DNA of 64,000 nt from Obrimoposthia wandeli (lineage: Eukaryota), in assembly GCA_977020255.1 (NCBI GenBank), contig CDROCS010001514.1, positions 434,001 to 498,000 on the forward strand. Reading direction: 5' to 3'. Shown piece after piece: positions 10,097 through 20,910 of the stretch; the stretch's first letter is position 1; each line of letters opens with the position of its first letter. The notes beneath the pieces were generated by a model that saw only the letters and a program-made list of their open reading frames with translations, was not told where the DNA came from and searched no databases. The translations under genes were made by a program, and so were the position numbers.

Positions 10097-13000
10097 TTAA
10101 ATTCTGAAGTGTCCATAAGCCATTCTAGCGTTCTTTTCTACCCAAAAGCGCTTGTCGTCATTACTACTCAACGCGATTTTGGTTGATTTATGGGAATACA
10201 GTTGATGGGCTCTTGAAATAAATCTAGTTTGCTCAACGCTTTCAATACACCCAGTATCATAAACTTTCCGGTAGGCCTCATGTGTAAGATTGTTTCTTCC
10301 CACACCCTTTGCTCTCATTGAACATGTATTATTAGATGTATGTAAACTATAGCATTTAGGGCCTAGGAAAATACAATCATCATACGAAACCTGACCCTCG
10401 CTTTCATCCTTAAATTTCCCGATAATGTCCTTTAAACTCATAGAGTGTAGAGGATGGTTAGCGGGATATTTATGGGTATCTAGTAAGTTGTCCCTAAACA
10501 TTGCTGGTAATAATTGATTATTTAAACTAACATTCCTACATTCTAAAAAGAAAGAGTCAGTGTCCCCTGCCGCGATTTTGATCTCACAATTAAATTCTTG
10601 TCGGTATTTCTCCAATTCTATGTATTGAAGCTCATACATTCTGAGTTTAGAAATGTCTAAAACCGTTTGACCTTTATAACTCGGTCGATCGAGACAAATA
10701 CTCTGTTTTCCTAATAACACTGCTACCAAGTCATCTGCAATTGTAAAACTACGCTTGAAGTTGTACTTGCTAGTATATGTTATTAGTTTACGCTCATCAT
10801 TGCAAAACCGTAGACAAATACGTTTCCGCAAGTCCTCTACAGTTTTTCCAAAGAGACTATTACTTTTTAACTTGTAAAAATCTCGATCGAATTTGCTAGT
10901 GGCCAAATTACGTTTTCTTGAATTCTTCTCAATATAGTCTTTAAACACAAAGTTTTGACTGAAGCTTATAGCACGATGAATTCGAGTAACTTTCGCTCCC
11001 AACTTTAAGTAGAATTGAAGAAGCCGCCAATGCACAACATAATTCAACTTGTCTTCATGGGTTAACAATAATTTCTTAACCTTTGAATTAGGTGGGCATT
11101 GATGAACAGGCGCTACTGGAAGATTATCTAATTTATCATGCACATTGGGAGGAATTTTTATGTCCACCTCAACCAAATAGCCGACGTCGGATGAAACTGT
11201 ATCAACAGTAGCCAAATCTGTCTTCAACTTATTCAACTGATCCACATCATAAATCCACTTAAAGTTGGCATGAGGTAGAGGTTGAGTAAGCGCCCACCCA
11301 TACAAATTATTAATATCGATGTACATAATCTCCGTGGATTGATTTTTGACAACATGATATTTGTTGACAAAAGTCATTCCACCGCGTATACCATAATCAT
11401 ACATTTGATACATCGCGGGATCTTGCAGTAACTCGATATTAATTTTAAGAGTTTTTATTGCTGTTGCCCATGAAAGACCAGGTAAACTAAAGAAATGCAT
11501 GGGATCTAGCCCATCTTCTGCTAAAGACTTTACACGAAAGGACTCAAAAACATCAGCTAAAAGATAAATGTCTAACTTCATATAATAAAGCATATATTCG
11601 AGAAGATTTTGACAATTATTCACCCAAAATTTACGGGCCTCATTATAGTCTTGAAGACTTACACCCTCAAATTCAGTTATGGGTGGGATTTCAGTTGTAT
11701 TTTCTAAATCTTCGAAAGTTTTCGCAAATTTATACGGAAAAATCCCCTTATCGTTAACCGAAGCTGGGAACACTGACTGTGTAATTGGCCATGCACTTAA
11801 AGATGCCGTTAAATTTTTTAAAGACCCGCTCAAAAACTGCAGAGAATCTATGAATTTTAAACTGCAGAATTCAGTATATGCAGTTAAAGATAAATATTTC
11901 TCTGAAGTTTGAGGTATACATGAAATTTCCCAAGAGCTTAATGTACCCAACGCGTATTTAAGTATATGATGCAAATCATATCCTTTGAGGTTATGAAACA
12001 CGATGGGAATGCGTGGTTTTTTAGGGAGACGACGGCCAAGGTTACAAAGGTTGCACGCCGCTCCCAAGTATCGCCCCGTAACATGATCGTGATCTCTGAC
12101 TAACTTAGACTGGGTTCTACACAAATAACATAATCTACAAGAATTAAAATTAACCCAGTCTATGCCTGTCATGATCATTGCTTGATGAGCATTGAGATCA
12201 TACCACGGTTTGACAATTGTTGTTCCTAATTCCTCTAATTTTAACATAAAATATAAAATACAATTTGGACCGGAAAATTTATGATATTGGGGCCTAAGAA
12301 TAGTAGTCCTGCCGAAGCCGGTAGGTGAATACTCTCATACTGGTCGTGCAATGCTAAAATTGACTCAAAATCTGCATACACCCTGAATTCCACGGGTATG
12401 CATTTTGCCCAATCCCTGAATTTTAAATCCTTATCCTTAGGCATGCTATATAGCGTATTGTTATCAGGATTCAGTGAACATAATGTCAGATGTTTGCTGT
12501 AAGAGAGCTCGGATCGGAACCCATGCAAACATCTATGATACCACTTACACCTTATCCTAACCGGTAAGGCTCCATTATCTAAATTTAGAAGACGATCTAA
12601 ACTGGGAATTGCAGCATAATGGAATTTATTATTATGTTCAAGCAAAATTAAGTTGACCTGAGTCCCCTCATTTTTGCTCCTATAAATTACATCTACAACA
12701 TGATTTTTAAAAATTTCTTCATCTGTTACATTAACTGGGATATCAGTATTATATTTGAATACATTAATACTCAAGTTATTAAGATGTTCAAATCTTGATA
12801 TCGCAGTTAATTTAACAGGAAAATCTATTCCATGATACTGCAATTCATTTAAAAAAAGGGTATATTTACTGACACGCTCTCTATGCTCAGTAATTACATC
12901 CCTTTTGAGGATGGCCAACACGCTATACAGAAAGCAAAGGTTATCACTGTTTTGTACGTTAACAATGGAACGTGAAAGTTGAAGAGATCTAGGTGAAGGA

Positions 13001-13942
13001 ATGTATGAACTCCCCGAAAGATATATCATGTCAGTGAACTTTGTTAGAACAAAGCTAACATCGTGAATTCTAACTAGAGTCCATCCACTACTTAACTCGC
13101 TATAATTAGCAATTTTTTCATCCAGGTTTCATCCAATTTCAGTTACAAAATTATCATAAAAAACAGTTGCTTTATGTGAAATTACCCAAGTTTTGGTTTC
13201 CTCATTGACATTTTTAAACTGCACTGTTGCGCAAAATTGAACCTTAGCCTGTCCTAATTTAGTTACTTCTGATTTTAAAAGATTTTCAATATTTGAATCT
13301 ACACCTACGTTTAATAAAATTTTATTTCCTAATGGCACCTTAACTATAACATATTTATTATTTAGGTGATACTCTATAGTAGCACCGTTTTCTCTACGTT
13401 TTTTGGGTGGGACCTTATTAAGAAATTGGCCTCGCCTCTTTCTTCTGTTTGTCGCTGACAAACCTCCCCCTAATTGAACAGGAAGACAACTATTTATATT
13501 AATAGTTGAGACAATCGCAGCTGAGGTTGAAGGTGATGCTATTGGTGATGCTGCCGATGTTGAGACAATTACAGCTGATGTGAAAGCTGCTGCTATTGTT
13601 GATGCTGCCGATGTTGAGGCAACTGTAGATGATGTTGAAGGGACCGCTGACCTTTCCGATGAAGAAGCGGCTGTTGTAGAAGTTAGTGCTGCTGAAATAA
13701 ATATATTAAAAAATAAATATATTTTTAAAAATTATTACCTCTAAGGCGTGCTAACATCGATGTAGGCACTCGCGATGGTGGAGGCATATCTGTTGTAGCA
13801 GATGACAATTGTAGAACGGTATTTCCTGAATAAAGTTTTCGCGAGCCTGTATTTATTACTCGTTGATCCACCGCGTGCCCGTAGGGCACGCTTTGGCTAA
13901 TTTTTTGGCCTCTCAGGACCTTAATCAAAATTTTGGGAGCAT
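10097..13942 (-). pseudogene. POLB: Protein-primed family B DNA polymerase with spliced N-terminal extension; one nonsense codon (13129-13131) and one frameshift (~12290)
   Basis: Track ORFs 13725-13928, 13129-13461, 12241-13029 and 10097-12247 join into one gene. Motifs: SSGW, GSSYIP, VNVQNSDNLCFLY plus HY (OTU-like dyad), ExoI ADFES, EndoVII-like RDHDH Zn motif, ExoII HNLKGYD, ExoIII YMKLD, pol A DINNLYG, B KSNSLFGK, C DTDS. Confidence 0.93.
13692..13738 (-). other. Predicted 47-nt phase-1 GT-AG intron in the PolB 5' region
   Basis: AG|GTAATA...TTATTTCAG|; almost pure A/T; splicing removes an in-frame TAA and joins the frames; same intron at 65-118 in the outer copy. Confidence 0.75.
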
Positions 13943-14028
13943 TATGAGATTTTTAAATTTACAGGGTGTTAAATGGAGTTAATTTTTTTTTTGAGTGTTT
14001 GGGATGGGGGGGGGTAGAAAATTTTTCT

Positions 14029-14124
14029 ACACACCTACACGAAATTTCACTCCACACACATGCACGGTTTTAAAGGACAGTAGGGGGAGGGGGGTGTGGA
14101 TTAGACCGGACACATCCACCTACT
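14029..14124. repeat. Right terminal inverted repeat of inner Maverick
   Basis: Ends ...GGATTAGACCGGACACATCCACCTACT, followed by TSD TTCATT. Confidence 0.95.
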
Positions 14125-14130
14125 TTCATT

Positions 14131-15503
14131 CTATAATATGACAGTTCTATTTTTGTTGATTTGTATATCCGAATCAAATACTCCGTAAAAAAGCAATGTT
14201 GTAGGATTTGTTAAAGCTGCATTAAATTTAATTGCTAGTTCCAAATTTCCATCTTTTGGTAGTTGGCATTTGCTGGCCAAAACAAAAGTGTAGAATGGAT
14301 AGTGGCTTTTAAACTCATTGAAAGAAATATCATTGTTTATATTTTATCTAGTTCAAAGAAAGCATTATCTACAACAACTTGCGGAAGAGGTTTATCAAAA
14401 ATACACAATTCAGTTTTGGCGTAACTCAGTTTTCAAATATTGTTTCTTCAACTTTCTTGCTTTTTTTATATAAATCTTTGTTTCTTTTTATTTTTAAATC
14501 CTCTATCTATTTGGCTTTTACTTGATTTACTTTTTCTTCTTAAATTAGCAACGTCAGGTAAAACATTTTCAAATTCATTAAGTGCATGCTACTTAAAAGT
14601 TGGTATTAGTTTATTATCCTTAGATGAAAGGTAGTTCTTTTCTAATGTTGATAAAAATCGCCCGAGTCTCTTCAAAAGAGGAAAGGCAATTCTACCTAAT
14701 GTTCTAAGCCAGAAGGATCCATATTGTTTACCAACAAAATGTGGTAATTCTCCACCTTGTTGGCTTTGACTATAAGCTTCAATTATTTCTGTTTATCCAA
14801 ATATCCATAGAGTTTTTATCAGTAACATATACTGGTTTCAGTCCCTTGAGACTTCTATGTTCAGAGTGATTATATGCATGTAGTATTTCGGGCAAAACAT
14901 GAATCCCCTTTCCCCATTATTTTGAGAAATACCTTTTTATTCGATCTCTAAAAGTACGATTAAATCTTCCTACTAATGTTGCTTTGTACTGTGAAAATAC
15001 AAAGTAGTGATTTATAATATTTTGTTTAAATAATGATTGAACTTGCTTATTATAAAATTCTTTTCCTAAATCGGTTTGCGCATTTTGCAGAATGTCTTCG
15101 TTTAATATTAATTCGCTCTAGTTGAAAACATTCTTCTCATCGACTTGTTCAGACTGTAGGCTAACTGATCGCTCAGCCATTTCTGCGTTTTCTTGTAATT
15201 CTGTTTTGTTCTTTTGTCAATTTTTTAACTCCTGTTTAGCCAATTGGATCTTTTGAATTGAACCATAACTTTTCCATTACAATAATTTGAATATATAGAA
15301 AATATAAATTTATATAAAGAAGGGTTAGAACCCATATCTTTAAGTGAAGTTTGAAATAATTGTTGAAATAACTGGTATAACAGCCCATAAGGAACCACCA
15401 TTATGTTTAAGAATAATATTTAATTTCCTTTTTTTTTCTTTTTACATTAGCAATTTCTAGAAGAATTTTTCTGTATTTTTTAAATAAATTTTTCCATTTT
15501 CCA
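14131..15503 (-). pseudogene. Outer-copy remnants: MCP 3' and 5' ends, core protein, integrase fragments, pX-like gene 3' part
   Basis: Reverse complement aligns piecewise to inner 9438-9200, 8270-7840, 6450-6150, 5950-5700 and 5640-5510. Confidence 0.85.
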
Positions 15504-16898
15504 AACATTATTGTTAACATCAAAATAGAATCATTATCAGAGTTAGTAATGTTGGTTGACAAATGTTATTCACCCCGTGAAACCTTCTTTAAACCGTCAA
15601 TGCATCTCGGGATCAATTAAACAGTAGATCCAGTTGAAAGCCTTTGTCTTTTAGCTGTAAGGACTTGAAAGCACTTGCAAACCTATGTAAAATAATAATA
15701 ATATTTAACCTGGTATTGAGAAGAAATTGAGAGGTTCCGTCATCGGTGATAGTCGTAAATGTTGTAAATACATCTGCGTCCATTTTGAGATAAAGCAACA
15801 TATAAAGAGATTCACTCTTGTACTTTATCCAACATATTAATCACTTTTGATCTTCTCATCCCATTTTTGTGGATTATATTGATCAGAGAACAGTCTCTGA
15901 TACCGCCATAACATATATAAATATCCCATTCGAAATTTAAATAATTGAGATTGATTCTTTTTATTATGTAATAATAGTGTTGATGATGTCACAAACTTAT
16001 ATAGTTTTATGTTATCAAATGAGAATCAATAACCAATCAGATTCAAGTATTCAACTATAACTGACAAAACATTTCAGTCTACTCTCATTAAATCATGTTC
16101 AATTTACAAATACCAACCTTTAAGAGCGATAGAAAGAAGAATGGAATATCGAATACGCAAGCGATAAAAACCCAATATCTTAATAGCACAATCAATATAG
16201 ATCCAAAATAAATTACATAATTTCAAGAATTCACAATACGAATGTAAATCATCTTAATACTAATTTGAGAGGTAAGAAATTGTAAATCAAAATTGAAAAT
16301 TTCAGTGATTTTTTTAAAGCTGATGAACATTTATCCTCTGAAATCTAGAAATACTCTGAAGAAAAGTTTCCGAAAGGCAAATATTGGAATTTATTTTTTC
16401 AAATACAAGGTTTCAAACTTGATAGCTCCAGAAACAGAAGCCTATATGAAAAATAACAGAAGGAACCGTGATAGTTTAATATATATTGATGGTCTTTATT
16501 GTTTTTACTATAAACAAAGCCATATTTAAAATATGTATTGCCAAAGGTGCTGCCTGAGCATGCAGGAATTTAATCCTAAGAAGTCTCCATAAGGGAGACT
16601 TTGGCCACTTTAAAAGTTTAAAGCAAAAGTCTTGAAAACATACAAAACGCAAAATTTAAAAATTCATAACATTAAAATAAAACGTTTTTGTAAAAAATGC
16701 AAAATTTAAAAATTCATAAAGTCTCGATATCGTTAATACTACTGTAGTGAAAGTTTCCAGTACAGGGACCCTCGTCCAAGTGAGTCAACACTGTAGTAGT
16801 ATGCACGATTTCAAGAATTGATGATTTTGAGTAATTTTTCAGTGATTAATGTGGGTTTTCGAGTAAATTTGACTAAATATAGACGTTATGACTAATGC

Positions 16899-16995
16899 AT
16901 ATAGTGTTGTTCCTACTGCAATGTCACAATATATGCAGAGTTACACCGGTGGGGGGGAGCGGATTTGTGACATTGTAGCAGGAACGACACTATAT
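16899..16995. repeat. Inverted repeat (31-bp arms, 3 mismatches), MITE/foldback-like
   Basis: ATATAGTGTTGTTCCTACTGCAATGTCACAA vs TTGTGACATTGTAGCAGGAACGACACTATAT. Confidence 0.6.
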
Positions 16996-19900
16996 ACTAC
17001 TGACATAATATTTAGACAAGAAGTCAGTAAATCCAAAATAGAAGTTCTAATACGAAACGTTTGTTAGTGATATGAGTGGAGCTGCTTAAAATCCTCAGCT
17101 AAGTTATCAACATAAATTTTGATAATGACTTCTAAATTCGCTTTTGTTTATGTCCATAAATGAAAAGGCTTAATCATAGACGTATGTAGAAGCTGAACTA
17201 ACAAATATTTTACTGACATGATCTCGAATATTTTTTATACCCTCTTTGACTGAACTATTAATAGTACAAATTTACTTCCGATCATTTCGATCCCACTGAA
17301 GGTCAACTTTATCCATTTGAGCATTATCTGATACACTATCGATATCGAACGATATTGCAAACAATCTACAAACCATTTTCAATTTTGTTGAAGTATCCGA
17401 ATCTACGATTAGTCATCGCTTAAAATATTCATAGTTGCAATAATTTAACTTTAGCACAATTTTAATCTGAAGGCATTTAAACTCATTACCATATCATGGG
17501 CATGTATATTTTCGCTTGTGTTTATACTGACAAGTGTGAATTAAATACATTTAAGTGTTCAAATATAGAATGTCAATGTAAAATTGCAAATCCCTATTAG
17601 TGTCGAATAATTCACATATTTGTTTTATATTTTATTTCCAGATAAAAGAATAATAGTACGAATAATATGATATATAACGTTTTTTATTCGTAGATTTAAT
17701 AGGAATTTATGTCTAAATATTGATTTGTACCTTCGTTTTACATTAATGACGCTTTAAACAGTGTTCTTAAATAGCACGATAATACCTAAATTTCTTTAAA
17801 GTTTTATCTAAATGTTAGCAATTTTATAATTATTGAAGAAAAATAAATTTATGACCCTTCTGCTGTACATTTTTTTAAAAAAATTACTGAGTTTATGTAT
17901 GTTTTGTTGTAGTTAATATTTGCTGTTTCTTTTACAATATTATCAAAGTTATGTTTTAAAATTACATTAACAGAATAGGTGTACTTCTTCCGGTCTTACA
18001 GTGATATTATTCTAATTCACATTATCTTTTTAGTCCAGATCTCACTAACTCTTCATTCGCAAACTTTACAATTTATGGGTTCAAAGAAAAATGCATTAAC
18101 TTTGTTGCAAGACCTAAAAATCCGCCATCAATGTCTCAACTAAGACTCATTGTTGATTTTTAGGGCATTCTGAAGTAGAAAATTCAAAGCAAAAATTGGC
18201 AGGCTAATCGAAAGATTAAGAAATGTTTGTGCGAAGAAGATTTGGAAATGGTAACCAAGATTATGTCAAGAATCAAAGGGAAACTGCAAAATGTCATCCG
18301 AAATGTTTGTAGTAGTCTATATCATATATTTTTGTGCTTGATAAACTGCTTCATAATTCAAAGTATAGGTGTCTAGTATTTTACCAAAACGCCTTTTGAG
18401 AAAAATGAAAATGTTGCTAGTACAATGCAATAAATCTTTTATCTTTTGATTGAATAAAAACTAAACAATGACAACTTTGATATCACCTTTAACTACGAAT
18501 GTTCAATCTCGAATTCACTATTTCAGCTCAACTGATTCATTTTTTGTTGATAACAAAGGAATTTATTTAAACAGCATAGTAAGTTTTATGGCCTTCATTC
18601 TCTTTTCAACTGATATAAAAACGCAGCAACTTTGATCATTTTCGGGACTTCGAAAGCAGAACGAATAATTTCCAAATTTAACAAAAGTACTTGAACTAGT
18701 AAAGATTTAGTGAAACTTTATTGGCTGTCATTAAAAGTCAAAACTACATCATCAAAAACAAAAGTATTTGTATGATCTTTCGCTGCCTGGTGCTTCTTAG
18801 AAACAGTGATGATGAATTCGGATTGGCCAAAAGTTTTACATAGTGATGGAAAATATCAAATATATATCACTGAAATGAGTTGTACAAGTGGTTTGAAAAA
18901 AAGCACGACGAAAAAAGTTACAAATGTTGCTTTGGTTAAAGAATGGTTTCTTGGAATTTAAATTATCTTTTTTGAGTTTCTGATGTTATTTTCTTAACAA
19001 ATACTTTATCAAAAACATTGTAGTTTAATATTTTAACACTCAAGTAAATCGAAGGAACGTTTCATTTTGTTAGAATCATGAATAAAAAAGTTATTGAAAT
19101 CTAACATCTTAACTATTTTGCTGTTAATTCTCTGTATTAAATATAATTTAAATTTGTTACTGTAAATTTAAAAAAAAATTAGTACAGTAACAATCTACTC
19201 TAGACAACTCGATATCCTAGGGGCCAAGCAAAAATATCAAGTTACCAGTATTTAGAATTTTTTAACACGGTTTCGAAATTGTTTATCAGTAAGGGAAACT
19301 TTTAATGAGAAAACCGCTTAACATTCTCATTGGAACATTGAAGACTCTAGATGCAAATTTATTCAATACACATATATTAATTTAAATATCGAGTTATCAG
19401 TGCTGGTTTTAACTTTGTAACAGTGGTCTTATCGAAAAATGAATGGGTGGTTATTTTTATATAGTCTTTGGTTACATCATAATATCGTAGGACGCATTTT
19501 TTTAAGAATTCGGAATGCCATCAATGCTTCTAATACAGTAACAAATCTCCTCATCACTGCTTCTACTTTCTTCTTGGACTCCTCTACATTCAGACTACTC
19601 AAAAAAGTGTTACAAAATTGGGTTTCTGTGGATTTTCCAGCTTATTTTACATTACCATAAATCAAAACCATTTGTGCAGGATGAAAATTAATTGTTATCT
19701 TTCAGGGTTTCCAAAGTTTGTCAAAGATCTTGTTAGACTCATAATTAGTTTCATCATTTTTTCGTTTGAAAGTTTCCTCTCTAAGTCAACATCCCGTTTC
19801 GTGAAATCAGTTTGTGAGGGTGTTGCCTTTCACAGAATTCCACAAATACTACAAAAGAAATATACGGTCTAATGTTAAATTTGAATAGATACACAACGTA

Positions 19901-20910
19901 TTCTTTCCAGTTTAATTCTCTCAAAACTTTATTCATTAATTTTTGAAACGTAGCAGAAACAGTACTGTGTCGTTTTGGAAAAAAATGCTGTTTTTAGTTT
20001 TGAATTTTCGAAAAATTCGACTTGATAATATGCACTACTTAAGTCTAGTGATGTAAAATTCTTCACAACTCCGAGCACATCCATCATATCTTAAGTATTT
20101 GGTATTGGGAAAATCGGTCTTTCAACAACTTCATTTAATGCTCTGTAATTCAAACAAATTATTATATCATCAGTATTCTATTTTCTAACTTATAGAAGAG
20201 GTAAATTCCACGGAGTTTCACATTTTTCAATTATACACTTTGTTTCCATGTTTTTAATATTATCGTTTATTTTATCTATTAAATGTTTTGTTTATCTTCT
20301 TGAATTAAATACAATCGGAGGTTCTTTCATCACTATATTATGTTTACTATATCTATTTTACCTATATCACATTCGTTTTGTATAAAAACATTCTTATTTT
20401 CTGATATAATTTATTAATAGTTGAATCTATAATTTTAGTTTCGTCAGAAAAATATTTCGTTAACAATTTCTTCTTTAACATTAAGATTCAATTTTAAAAA
20501 TATGTTAAATTCTGGTAGAAAAATCATATTTTGAAATTTTCTGCAACGTAGAATTTAATACATTTACAATTTGAATTACATGAAATTTCTAGAAAGAAAA
20601 ATTCTAAAATTTTAATATACCTTTCATTTGAGCATCTAACTATTTCGTCACTTTTCATTAAATTTATATTGTCTAACCTATGAAAAATACTACTGTTAAT
20701 TACACTGATTATAGCATCTGTGTCTAAGAGAGGGATATTCTAAGTTTTGAATCATTATATTTATAGAAGGTCAATCATTCATAACATCATATCTAATTTG
20801 TTTAAACAATTTACAAATAAATTTATATGCTACAAACATCAACATACTTGTTTAATTGACAAATATCTAAAATATCACTAAAAAATCACACATACTCACA
20901 CATTCACAAT

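Larger units (their letters stand above)
2914..14124 (+). mobile_element. Maverick/Polinton (adintovirus-like) element with both ends (11.2 kb), decayed
   Basis: Termini 5'-AGTAGGT...ACCTACT-3'; ~95-bp TIRs; identical 6-bp flanks TTCATT (2908-2913, 14125-14130); encodes pPolB, rve integrase, FtsK-like ATPase, adenain, MCP and mCP. Confidence 0.97.
1..15503 (-). mobile_element. Older outer Maverick of the same family, opposite orientation, internally deleted, split by the inner element; starts left of the window
   Basis: 1-2907 is an inverted copy of inner ~13800-9440 with two deletions; 14131-15503 continues as an inverted copy of inner 9438-5510 with deletions. The two halves join exactly across the TSD (…ACTTACTTCATT|CTATAATATGACAGTTCT matches the inner MCP-PRO spacer). 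Confidence 0.93.

Noticed and set aside
3210-11912. Track ORFs 3210-3536, 4557-4811, 5024-5281, 5274-5624, 5940-6137, 6363-6656, 7332-7532, 8479-8709 and 11679-11912
   Set aside because: Antisense shadows of real Maverick genes with no recognisable motifs
12241-12300. Programmed ribosomal frameshift in PolB
   Set aside because: No slippery heptamer or clear stimulator; a one-base loss in a G-run is simpler and the gene also has a nonsense codon
1-15503. Giant inverted duplication or assembly artefact
   Set aside because: The copies differ by roughly 10% with independent deletions, and the inner one has TIRs and a perfect TSD; this is nested insertion
15530-15950. Coding-looking segment right of the outer Maverick
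   Set aside because: Stops in all frames and no recognisable motif
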